The position numbers and the translations under genes are program-made. A DNA stretch of 64,000 nt from Paraspadella gotoi (taxonomy: Eukaryota > Animalia > Chaetognatha): positions 22,197,486 through 22,261,485 of the forward strand of contig CM119267.1 of assembly GCA_051294375.1 (NCBI GenBank). Reading direction: 5' to 3'. The notes under the pieces are model-generated. The model saw nothing but the letters and a program-made list of their open reading frames with translations. It made no database searches and was not told the DNA's origin. Below, piece after piece: positions 49,287 to 61,016 of this stretch. Position 1 is the stretch's first letter. Every line of letters begins with the position of its first letter.

Positions 49287-52241
49287 TCAAAGCTTCATCA
49301 TGTCCGCCAAACACGTGGCCTCGATGGTGACTTTGCCCGGTTTTTGAACACCTTTCTCCCGCCACCGGCCGAACAGATCCACGGTGTAGGTTTTCTTGTC
49401 GTTCGTGATCGGGCAGGGGAAAGTGGCCTTGCCCATGTAAGAGTCCTTGATGACGTTGCTGTTCCAGACTTGCACGGTGATCGGTTCGGAGGGTGTGCGT
49501 CGGTAGAAGACGAAATCCTCGTCGAATCCCGGATTGAGGTTGTCCTTGACGACGCGCGTGCGGGCGCAAGCGCCTCCACAAATAATCCCCTTCTCGCACT
49601 TGACTATGCAGTAGGGGTCGGCCCCGCCGACCGCGTCTTCCTTCTCTAGACCCACGGCGCTGACCACTTTGACGCGGAGAGCGCACTGGTAGTCGGGTCC
49701 GCACATGTGGTACCTTTGGAAGGGCGAAAGTTTACAAAAAATTTTAAAGTATAGTGATCTCGGCAGAGAGAGAGAGAGAGAGAGAAGCCAAATCTTTTTC
49801 AGACGAATCAGAAGCGGCAGCAGCAGAGGAACTCAAAAAAAAGAAAGAAATCAAAAGGCAGAAGCAGCAGGAGAAAAGAGAGAAAAAGAGAGAGCCCCTG
49901 CAGAGCCAGCTGCAGACTCAAATGGCAGCAGCAGAAGCAGCAGGAAAAAAGAGAGAAAAAAAAAGCCCCTGCAGAGCCAGCTGCAGATTCGTTTTTTTTC
50001 TGATGAATCAGCACTGGGGAAAAGAGAGAGAGAGAGAGCTACATATAATTAAAAGAGAAAAGAGAGAGAGAAAGAAATATAAAAATAAAAGAGAGAAAAT
50101 TTGTTTGTTTTGATAAAACGTAAACAACTGCCCTGACTCAATTTTAAGGACATTGATGAGAAGCTGTACATAAATTTTCAGCTTCATACACCCAAATTTA
50201 ATCATCAAAAAGGCGATCTATAATTTGGAACGCCGACGATGACAATGACGACGACGACGCCGCCACTTATGTGCAAAACCACAGCAATATCGTCGATAAA
50301 AAGAGAAAGAGCCGCTGCAGAGCTAAACTCATCTAAAATTGTGTTGGACATAAAAAATTGTTTTATAAATAAAACAAACAAATGAGTGTAGGAATATGAA
50401 ACATAACAATTTAAAAGACCTCAATGATAAAAAGACATATTTAAATTTTCAGCTTCCTATGGTTACACACTTGAACTATTTTTAATGTTAAAACAGCGTG
50501 ACGACGACAACGACGACTACGGTCAAAAGAAGCAGAAACGAATTAACATCTCGCCCAAATCGGGCATTCGCCCGTCTGGCGAGATAAAAACATGATCATT
50601 GTTGATACCTATCAAATGAACACTATTAAAGCCCCCGTTAACTTACCATTTTTTACTTGGATGGTGTTCCACCAATTCCATGGTATGACCCTTTTTGTCA
50701 GTGTAGATACGCAGTAAAAATTCCCCTTCCTCCCCGGGAGAGAAGGTACAGGGGATGACGACGTAGCGTCCCGGAGGAAATCGGTGACGTAGAAACACGC
50801 TGCGCGAGTTGATGTAGGTCGATGAGCAAATCGTCTTGCCCTTTTCGTGGGAGATAGTAGTTCTGTTGTTCTCCACCTTAAAAGATAAGTCGTAAATAAA
50901 TGTTTATTTTCAAACTCTAATCGCTATTCAGTATTCACGTATTCAGGATTATTGTACCTTCATGACGTGAAAGCCGATGGTGAGGTTCTTGTGACCCTCC
51001 TTCCGCTCGGACCGTCGGTCCTTCTGCTGCAGGGAAATGAGAACCACTTCTCCATTGTCGTCGTCCTCGACGGTGGTGAAGGCGAACTGCGGATTCTCGA
51101 GGAACGTCTCCTTGTTGTTGGGGCATCCGCCGGCCTTGTCCGGCCGGATCCAGGCGCTCTTGTAGCAATACTCGTAAAAGTTGCGTTCGAAGGTGAAGAA
51201 GGCGGTGTTGACGACGCGGCAGATGGCCACGTCACTGAAGGCCTGGACAAAGTCGTCGAAAAGCATCCAGAATTCCCCGTCGTCTTCGAAGTTGAGGCCG
51301 ATCTTGTCCTTCTCGCTCTGGCTAATGTTGTTCCACTTTTCGTCGCCGTCGGAAAAGGCGCCGTTCCACTCCTTTTGTCCCCAGGGATTGCGCAAGCGCA
51401 CCATCTCAATCTTCTCGCGCTTCCAGAAGGAAAAGATGCTGGCGTCGCCGGTGGCGATGCGCTTCACGGCCGTGATCCCGTAGGCGTGGCCCTTGACAAG
51501 CCCGTTGTCCAATTTTTGCTCCATCTCCTCTGGAGACTTGGCGGAGATGGCGGCGGCCATGAGAGAGTCGTGCTCGTGGGCTTCCTTCATTTTAGCGAAA
51601 AACTCCTCCTTCTCGACGGTGTGATTCATGAAGGAGGCTTCTTTGAGGTCGACAGGTTCGGCGACGCCACCAGTAAAATCCACCAGCGCTTCGGCCAAGT
51701 TTCCGCCGTCCAGCACTTCGTAGCATCCGTGCACCTTGGCGTAAGCCTTTTCCAAGAGCGCGCTCCAAAACTCGTTCTTCGACTGAGAGTGGATGAAGAT
51801 GAGCTCGCCGTTGATGGTGGGCAATCGGTCGTCGACAACGACGTCGATCCACTCGCCGAATTGCCAAAAGTGAAAGTGGAAGATGCCCGCGTACTTGTTC
51901 TTCTCCCCCCACTCTTGGTCTTCCGAGTCGGGGATGACCTTCTTGAGAACCGAGTCCTTAGTGGCCAAGACAGAAGTAGCTGCCACCAACCAGCAATTGC
52001 CCAAGCTACCTTGAGACACGTCGCCCGAACTCGAGCCCTCGACAAAGAGGTGGGGTTCGGCGCATATGTCCTTCGGCCGCTTCCACTCCACTCCGGAGAT
52101 CTTGTCCGGGGTGTAAAAGAGGCTAGAGTAGGCGGCCGGAAATTCGGGGTCCTCGAAAAGAACTCCCGTCTCGTCCGCCGCATTTTTTAGCGTTTTATAG
52201 TCCTGGTTTTTGAAGGGGGTCGGGGAATCGAAAAGACCCAT
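49287..52241 (-). CDS. CAPN5: Calpain-5 (Tra-3 type, C-terminal C2 domain)
   Basis: QGSLGNCW, GHAY and RNPWG catalytic triad, domain III, and a C2 domain (GADPYC..VQVWNSN..D.YMG). Confidence 0.96.
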
Positions 52242-52662
52242 CGTTCTTTTTTTTTTCAACTTAAGTTTAGGCTAAAATGTTAATCCTTAATATCATCGAA
52301 TAAGCTATGATATTCGAGTTGTTTAATCCTTGGAAGGTGTTTTTAGCGTCCTATCGGTACTTTTTTGTTGCCTTTAAAAATACATAGATAATTCTTTTAC
52401 GGTTAATTGTAAAAAAAGTAAATACGAATAAGTATAACTAAATAATAAAAATATCTTCGACGATAAAACTCGTCGAAAAAATCAAACATTTAACCGGGAG
52501 GCAAAAAGGCAAAATTTGTAACTGCCTAGAAAAAATTTTCATAATCGAATAAATCCGAGAAACAGAAAAAAAGATTTCGCAACGCGAATGAGTATTTTCA
52601 GTTCGATCTTTTTTTATTCGATGTTGACTCGTCTATTTTTTTTATTCCCACCGCAAAGACCT

Positions 52663-52758
52663 CTCCCTCCGACTCTTGTCATCGGGATTCCTTCGCTCGA
52701 AGCTTCGAGTTTGGAAGAAAAGAATCCGTCATATTTCAAACATTTGCGTCCGAAAGAG
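52663..52758 (-). promoter_or_regulatory. SECIS element, type II
   Basis: AUGAC-GGAUUCUUUU...AAA-CUCGA(AGCU)UCGAG-C-GAAGGAAUCC-CGAU with a lower helix. Lies in the 3' UTR of a UGA-containing gene. Confidence 0.9.
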
Positions 52759-52814
52759 CGAAGGGAAAAAACCTGATCAGCTCCGCGGAAGCCAAAATCA
52801 CAACAAAAACTCGG

Positions 52815-52863
<49 letters not shown>

Positions 52864-52871
52864 TCTCTTTC

Positions 52872-54482
52872 TCACAGTTCGTTCCTGAGCGACTTTTTCG
52901 CTCGATCCAAACCCGAGAGTAGAAAGTCGCGGTAGAGTCGTTCATGCGGGTCAAACGACGACGAATCGAAGAAGAATCTCCAGTCGTCGCTGATAGAGGG
53001 CAGCGACGAGTCCTCGTCAAGCCAACCATCATCGTTTCCCGTCTCCAAAAGGTCGTTGGCGTTAAGCGTCTCCAAGACGACCCCGCCAGGACTCATCACC
53101 AAGGACGTGACCGGAAATGTCCAGGCGGAAAGAGCGAGACTAGCGATGCGATTCTCTTTCTTGTCCGGCTCCCGATACGTGCGTCGCCGAAGATCCTCCA
53201 CCAGCGCCCAGGCGTTGACGAACTCGCTCTTCAATAAGGAAACCACCCTGGCGTCGGCGAGAGGTCCGTCGCGCAGGGTGCGCCCTGACCCTCAGCAGGA
53301 CTGATCGTCGAGGGAGCCCCAGAGGAGAATGGCGTGCACGGGTTTGGCGAGGAGAGAGGCGCGAGCGACGGCCGAATCAAGATCCAAATATTCAACAGAT
53401 TTGAAAGGATAAAAAGCTTTGGCGAGAGCGTCGACGGCCGAAGAGACAACCACTTTGTCAGCAGCGAAGTTGGTCAGATCAAAAGGAAGGCGAAAGTCTA
53501 GGTTCTCCGCGACGGAGGTGGCCATTCGAGAATCGTTGGAAGCGGTCGCGGAGACGACCTCCATTTGTGGGATGAAGGAGATGTCGACCTCGTTGAGATG
53601 CGAGTCGACGTCAAGTTGATTGTCTACGGAGGAATGCGGGTTCATCCATTCCATGTCCACGTTTAAAGGAGAGAAGGCGGGGAGGAAGAAGTGAAAGTGG
53701 AGGACGGAAAAGGAAAGGGAGGAAACGTCGCCGATCATTCTGCCCACGAACTGAGCCGGCGTCAACCAAAACGGCGCCGTCGGAGGGAGATTCAACTGGA
53801 ACTCGGCGTGGACGCGGAAGAGGACGTCGATCCGGGCGGCGTCGCGGGCGAGGAGGATCGCGCGTGCGCCTCGAGGACCGAATCGCGCGCGCGTGAATGG
53901 ACGAGGATGGAAGAGGAGGAGGAGAGAGTGGATGAGAAATTCACTGGGTGAAGGAGAAGGAGGAAAATAGACGAAGGAGCCGTTGGGATGGCGGGGGATG
54001 GTGTGGTCCGTGGAGAGGGTAGACGGGTCGAGGGAAGGCTGGAAACGAGATTACATTACAGTACTTTAAAGTACATATATATTTTCGTTTAATTATATAG
54101 CTACTGCTGCTACTAGATAGCTTTCATAATATTATTATTTAAGTTAACTTACGTCAATGATTTCCTCCGGAAAATCGTAAAGGCTCCACGAATCCCCGAC
54201 TTGGATGTCGTCCGGAGGCAGTAGCCCCTGAAAAGCCTCGTCCGCCAACTCCCCTCCATCGGCAGCGGCCCGTGTCCACTCGACCAACCCTTTCAAGGAT
54301 CCTGGATTCGAATCGTCAAAGTCTTCGCCGAGTTCTTTCATCGTCTTTACGCGATCCAACGAGTTCAGGTCCATTGGAAGAAAGGTCGTCTCGAGTTTGA
54401 CCGCGCCGGGAAAGGCAGCGGCAGCGGCAGCGACGACGGCGGCGAGATTGACCAACGTCGCGAGGACGTTGGGGTTTCGCAT
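52872..54482 (-). CDS. SELENON: Selenoprotein N (Sec UGA at 53292-53294), 2 exons
   Basis: FHPRPF, FRVHAEFQL..PFWLTPAQF, LNVDMEW and LLWGSLDDQSC-UGA-GSGRTLRD, continuing in frame to TFPV..LNANDLL. Confidence 0.95.
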
Positions 54483-55227
54483 TTCGCATTTCTTGTAAAT
54501 ATAAAGGAAAATTAGCTAGACAATGATAAAGAAAAGTAAGAAAAATAAACAGGTCAAAATAACCCCGCAACCCCAATTGATTTTTCTGTATTTTGTACTG
54601 TTAGAATTTTGTACAAATTGTACAAAATGGGGAAAAAAAATTACTGAAAAAAAAAATTAATAAAAAACCATAAACATGATCAATATGTACGTATATTTTA
54701 TAACAGAGTGGAGCTCTCGAGAACAAATTTTTTTATTTTAATTATGTTACATGATAATTATACATGGTATTATTAAAATAATATTTTATTATATTAGTAG
54801 AAACTATTATATCTCATTGCTTCTGCAATGATATGATAAAACGTTTGTCATTTTTTGCAGCATAAAGCATAAAAATATCATATAACATATTTTACCATTT
54901 TTTTTTCTTTTTTCTGAAGAATCCTAATCTGTTTGTAAAAATGAAAAAAAAAATTTATAAATTTATAAGGATATTACTATAAAGAAAACAATTTCTGTTA
55001 TTATTACGCTCAAAAATTATTTATTATAATATTATAATATATATTATAAAAAATATTTATTAAGGGCTTAACTTTTATCAGTTTCATATACAGATGCAAC
55101 AAATAAATACTATAACATGTCTAAATCTTTTCATCACTCCACCCTATTGTATAATCGCCGTCAACCAAAGTATATCAATTCATAAAGAGCGAGTGAGTGA
55201 ACGCCGCCTTATGAAATCTCCGTTATT

Positions 55228-58200
55228 TCAAGAAAAGTGAAGTTGAGCGTTATCTCTCAAGTCATCTTGAGTCATCGTTTCCGAAAACAATCTCCTCGCG
55301 GCGGCGGAGGAGATATCGAAGCTCAAATCGCGCCAGTCATCGATCCGTCCGCTTCTCATCACCGACAACGCCGCCCGTGCCGCTTCCGGCGTCGCGAAAT
55401 GAGCTAAGGCTTGACCCATGCTGCGCGCCAAGACAATCCTCGATGATCGACCTACCGATGCCAGGCGTTCGCTCAGAAGTCGGTGCATCACCGCTGACGA
55501 ATAACGGGAAAAGTCGAGCCCGCCGATCCAGACCGCCGTCTCGGTCGGGTCGACGCGACTAAAAAATGCGGCTGCGAAGGCGCCGCCGGAAGCATTCCCG
55601 GCTTCGACGGCTCGCTGGGCGCTGGCTACGTCCAGATATTCGACCAGGAATGGGGAGTTGGCAGAGGTGGGCATCGACACGTCAACGACGACCCCATAAT
55701 TAGTGAAAAGCTCGACCAGCCTGGATTTGGGGCATTGGCGGAGCACGGACATCTGGTTCTCGGAAAGTAAAAGCCGGATGGTTCGTGTGGGGAACGGGAC
55801 TTCGTCAACGGCGGAAGTAGAAGGAGAAAAAAGATCCATCAGAGACGGCACCGTCTTTGGCGAAGCGTCAGGCGCCTCTTTGGGAGCGGACGGGGGTTTG
55901 GGTGGCAACTTAAATCTGATCTGAAAGAGTTTTGAAGCGACGTCGATTTGGAACCGTTGTCCGCCGAGGCTCCTACCGCGCACACGCTCAATCACCATCC
56001 TGGCGTGTTCGGGCGTGCGAAAATAAACAAGGGCCTGTGCCGTCTTGGCTTTGGCGTCGCAACGAACGACGGCGTTGACGATCTTGCCGAAACGGGAAAA
56101 TAGTGTCAGCACCCGCTGCTTGGTCGCCGCCGACGCCGCAGCTTCCTCCAGCGCTCCCTCCGGAGATCCTTCTGTAAGAAACGCGATCCAGATACAATCG
56201 GAGAATTCGTGGTTGGGCGCAAAGTCGACTGCGTCGGTGTCTTTGCCCACCAAGGCGTTTATAGCGGCGACGGCGGCTTCGACAGAATCCATCTCGACGC
56301 GCCAGTCGCCGGTGGAAGATCGAGTGCAAGAGACGATGGCGCCAAAAGGATCGAAACGAGCGCGAATCGCGTTCTCGTCGGCGTCGTTCGCCTTGGTGAC
56401 GACGGTGCGAGTGGCCGAAGCGTCCCAGGGAGTGACGGTTGGTGGAGGGGCGTCGGAAATGGTGTTAATGGGGTCGGGAGGGGGAGGAGGAAACTCGGGA
56501 TGAATTGCCTCTGGGTTGGAAGAGGTGGGCGGGCGATGGGTCGATGATGTCGGGTGAGGGTCTTCGGGTTCGGCGACCGAGGAATGTGAGCCCGAAGCGG
56601 CAGGAGCCGGAGGGACGCCGCAGGAATTCGTAAGTGGAAGACCGGGCAACTTTTTGAGCGCATTGGCTATGTTGCTCATTAAATTTTCGTCCTGCATCGC
56701 GAGTTGCACCTCATCAGCGGCGAAGTCGGGAACTTGAGGGGCGGTAGAAAGATCGACGGAGGCTGTGGATAAAATGTCGAAAACAATTTGTAAATAAAAC
56801 AATTCGTCTTGACTCTTGAGACTCGTTACTTATATATTTCGTAAACAAGAATTTCAAATGGGAGGAAAATGAAATAATCAAATACTGTGGCTAAATAACT
56901 TGTTATAGCAACTTCAGATTTTGCACTCTGGTAGAAAAATTTCTGACGTTTTTTTATTTTCTAACTCTCAGTAAGCCAGCTTGCTTACTTTCTTAGTTAT
57001 GGGCTCATCAATGGCATGGTGGAATTTCAAAAAAGAATTTTTTTTTGCATTTGAAAAGGACCTTCCTGTTTTAATATATATTTTTATAAAAATAGTGAAA
57101 TGTTTGAAAATTTCGGTTTATCTTACAAACATAGACATTGGAGTATGTGTCTGAGCAATCAGAATGTGAAAAACACACACAACCACAATGACAGCAATTT
57201 TCATTTTATAGGTTTTTTAGTTAAAACTTATAAAGTTATACCTCTCTACTTTTCAATTTAGTTTACAATGCTTTTTATTAGTTGTACATTATTCAATGTA
57301 AAGCCTAATTTATTGCCTCTGTATTATCGCTCCCCTGATTTCATTTTCTTTTCTTTTCTCTAATGTTGCCTTTCCTCAATCCTTTGTTGGAAGCTTTATC
57401 CCTTTGTCTTCTCTCTCTCTCTCTCAATACCAAATTTTGTAATTCAGTCTCAGCACTGATGATGAACGAAATATACGTTCGAAACATGTCTGCTACCATA
57501 CAAATAAAAATTCGTTGTGAAAAACTAAAAATTGTTATTTCGTCTAATCATTCTACCAACGAAAAGAAAGATTTACAAACAAAGTTATAGAAAATAAAAA
57601 TTTCAGCTTTGAAAAATAATTGGAAAAAAACAATGATCTTGCAAGAGCCTGTTGCCTAACTAAACCTTGAAATATTTTAATGAAAATTTTTTGCACACAT
57701 CCGAAACATTATTCTAACTAATAAATGTAAAAGAAATAAAAATTTTCGTCTCAATTTTTTTCACAATGAGTTTAAAATTGAATTATCAAATGTAACCAAA
57801 AAAGCTGCTGGAAGGCAAGCGCACCAGTTGCTATGATGTGAAGTATTATCAATTTGCTTTATAGGAGCATAAACCTCATGGAATTTTCTAACTAATGAAC
57901 TGAACAAATATTAATCACATTCAGTCAGTTAAGAGTTATAACAACTCTTTTCATTTCACTCCCATTTAAAATCCGTGCATTTCGCTCACCGTGCATCTTC
58001 TCTCCCTCGCTCGTTCTCGGCCTTTCGTCGACACGGCGCTCGTCTTTAGGCGTTCCCAACCGCGACTTTTTGGGACGAGCCTCGTCAACGAGTTCGTCGA
58101 TGGGGTTTCGTCTTTTTAACTCGTGACCATCGACCAAATCACGTTGCGACTTTTCGGTTCTTTCGCCCTTCAATTCCGGAGATCTTTTCCTACTATCATC

Positions 58201-59329
58201 CGACCGAGATTCTTTCGGCGATCTGTGACTTTGAGATCGATCCGTACATTCCCGACCAATGGATTTGTTCCTCGAATCGTCCGATTTTTCCGTGCCGCTT
58301 TGTCGATGATGAAAATCCTCACATGATCTTTGTCGATGAGAACTTTCGGGATTTCTTCGACGACGCGAATTTTCGTCCTTTTCATGGGAATCCTCCACTT
58401 TCCGACGCCGATTTGGGGTTTCCGGACTGCTCTGGCGATGTTTGTTTTCCGGACTGCTCTGGCGGTGTTTGATTTCCGGACTTCTCTGGCGGTGTTTGTT
58501 TTCCTGACTTCTCTGGCGGTGTTTGTTTTCCGGACTTCTCTGGCGGTGTCTGTTTTCCGGACTTTTCTCTTGGTGTTTGTTTTCCGGACTTTTCTCTTGG
58601 TGTTTTTTTTCCGGACTTTTCTGCTGGTGTTTGTTTTCTGGACTTTTCTGCTGGTGTTTGTTTTCCGGACTTTTCTGCCGGTGTTTGTTTTCCGGACTTC
58701 TTTGTCGCTGTGAAGATCGAGAACTCGGCCGGCTTGAAGATTCCGGCGTCCGTTCACGATGATTTCGGTCGCTGGATAAACGTCGATAGCCATTGTCTTT
58801 CGGTTCTGCGTTGCGAGACCCTAATAGGACGTTGGTGAAGATATAACTACGCATAATTACTTACGATAAGCCAATAATTAATAATCATATTTATCTATGC
58901 AGTAATAATCTTTGTAGTAGTAATTCTGAAGCTCAGATTTTGTACGTTCTCAAAAAATGAGTGTCAGGAACTTTCTCTAAGCGAATATTGCACAAAGTAG
59001 AAATAATACGATTTGCCAACGTTATCTGGTCTCGTCAAAGCGATCAGTTATGCCCGTAAAGTCTTAGCAATTAGATCACGGTCATTTTTACCTTCCCTCG
59101 GCGTTACCCACGCGCAACGCCGTCCGACCGCATCGTACTCGATCCGCACGTCCGTCCGATCGCGCGTCAACTCTCCCGCGACGAAAGCGCGACAGAAAGA
59201 CTCGTCGCCAGCGAAAGTCCTCGGTCCGCCGCCGGCAACGTCGTCAGCCAAAACGAACACGCGACTGCCGGTCAATGACGCTAACTTGCTGATTCCCTCG
59301 ACTAAGATCTGGGTCATTACCGACTCCAT
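55228..59329 (-). CDS. Multi-RRM (SPEN-like RRMs) RNA-binding protein with repeat region; 3-exon model ~59092-59329, ~57960-58820, 55228-56762
   Basis: About four RRM-like units (FSRFGKI..ALVYF..RFQIDVAS, AVWIGGL..ALAHF..LSFDISS). Upstream exons were joined on compatible phase-1 splice sites, so the join is inferred. Confidence 0.6.
57232..57589 (+). mobile_element. Penelope-type hammerhead element copy 4 (~340 bp) with a 9-bp flanking direct repeat
   Basis: AAAGTTATA at 57232-57240 and 57581-57589. Same AATAAA..TCGTTG..CAACGAAAAGAAAG tail as copies 1 and 2. Confidence 0.7.
57452..57494 (+). ncRNA. Minimal type I hammerhead ribozyme
   Basis: AGCA-CUGAUGA-U-GAACG(AAAUAUA)CGUUC-GAAAC-AU-GUC/UGCU. 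Stems I and II are fully paired but differ in sequence from copy 2. Confidence 0.88.
58420..58705 (-). repeat. 27-bp coding minisatellite, about 10-11 units encoding SPENKH(R/Q)Q(R/K)
   Basis: Visible in both the DNA and ORF 57925..58854. Confidence 0.9.
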
Positions 59330-61016
59330 GACAAGACGTAAGCCAATGGGTTTCCTTTTTTATTGTTTTGATTCTTAACAGGATCGTTTTCTTTTCTGGA
59401 AAATTATGAGTAGAAAAAACTTTTTATATATTGTCGCAAATGAAAAAAAAAATTTCTGGAACGACGAATGTAAAACGATGACCCTATATTCAACTCTGGA
59501 AATTAATAACGTACTATTGCCACTACTATTTGCTATTGCTTGATCTTAACTTTCGAATCACTTTTTTTTTCAATAGTAAATTATGCCTCGTTCTAACTTA
59601 GCATACAAATTGGCTAACTTCTATTGAATCAACCGCATTTTGAAAAATTATATCACTTGAATAGGTCAGGCACGATTGAAAGTTATCACCGGTTATCGAA
59701 ACATGCATTGTGCAAATTACAATTACAAAACTTAGTTTTAACTTTTTTTTTTATCATTTACTGATTTATTTAAAAAACAAACTTTGGACGACTACATCTT
59801 CCCGACTTGCCAATCAACTCGATTGGGGTGCAAAAACATAACCCGCATTTAAGCGCCAACAAAATCACTGAGCCATTCTCGATCAGGACGGGAAGACAGG
59901 GAGAAAAATATATACACAAAGTTCGTTGTAACCTCTAAAGTCTAGAGAAAATTATTTATTCTCTCGTCAAACAGAAAACCTGTTCGAACGAATTGTTTGT
60001 ATGCGACACACAAACCTACGAGGCACCGTAAGATCTTTAACAAACATTAAAGACGACTCTCAACTCCGACTATCTGAGGGGAGCGAGGGAGCAAAAATTC
60101 GGGGTTCGTGACAACCTCCGTCATTCGAATAAGTCGCAAAGAGCTTAATAAGTGTTACCGTAACATTTCAAAGAGAGAAAAATATTTTTTAAAAATGAGA
60201 CGGTTACAAGCCAGTTAAGGAAATAAACTTGCAATTGCCTTACAACGTACTGCATTGCTTAACGTGCAAAAGCACCGAGTTTTCAGGTACAATAAAAGTG
60301 TTTAAAAAAAAGATTCAGTGTCTTGATACGGTTAAATCATTAATAAAAAAACTTATCTTTTATTGAATTAGATAGAGCAATAAAATCACGAGCGAAATCA
60401 ATAAATGAGATTTTTTTTCTAATCGATGTACAGTCAGTATATAAATATGGCAAACAATATAAATAGCAACAAATAACAGCTTCCACGAATCAATTGGATG
60501 CGTTCTTTGTCTAAGTTGAGCGTAAATACAATATCGCAGATCTTCCTTTATAGTACTCTTTACAAACGAATCTAAGGATAAATTGTAAAATTTTGACAAT
60601 TTCACTTAGGTTTTACCACTAATAAATTGTGAGAAAATGAATTTCTGCAAACTAGTTTCGACAGGGCTCAGTGGCCTCAGCATCGTTAAATTATAAGTAA
60701 CAACAATAATAATAATAGTTACGTCAATTTGAGTAGTGATTTTCTAAAATAGAACTAAGCACGAGTATTTCTAAAGACAAGTAGCTGTTTGTGGGCCTTG
60801 GTTATAAAGCGCGTTTCTTAGGTTTGGAATTTTAAAAAAAGTATTATATAAATTAACACATGAAAAGACGTAAAAAAAAGGAATAAGGAAAAAGGTATAA
60901 AACTTAAGATCTGGTCGTCGTCCGACCTGTCAAGTTCGAGTTTCGGAATAAAAAAAAAGAAAACAAATATTCTAAACCTAATTTGATAAATATCCTAGAC
61001 AAAAAAGTAATCCTGT

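Noticed and set aside
50952-52190. 412-aa plus-strand ORF
   Set aside because: Antisense shadow of GC3-rich calpain-5 codons, with no recognisable domain
18366-52855. (GA)n/(CT)n tracts at ~18366, ~32574 and ~52817
   Set aside because: Ordinary microsatellites
53870-53950. Suspected frameshift in SELENON near FHPRPF
   Set aside because: Recounting the bases shows one continuous frame
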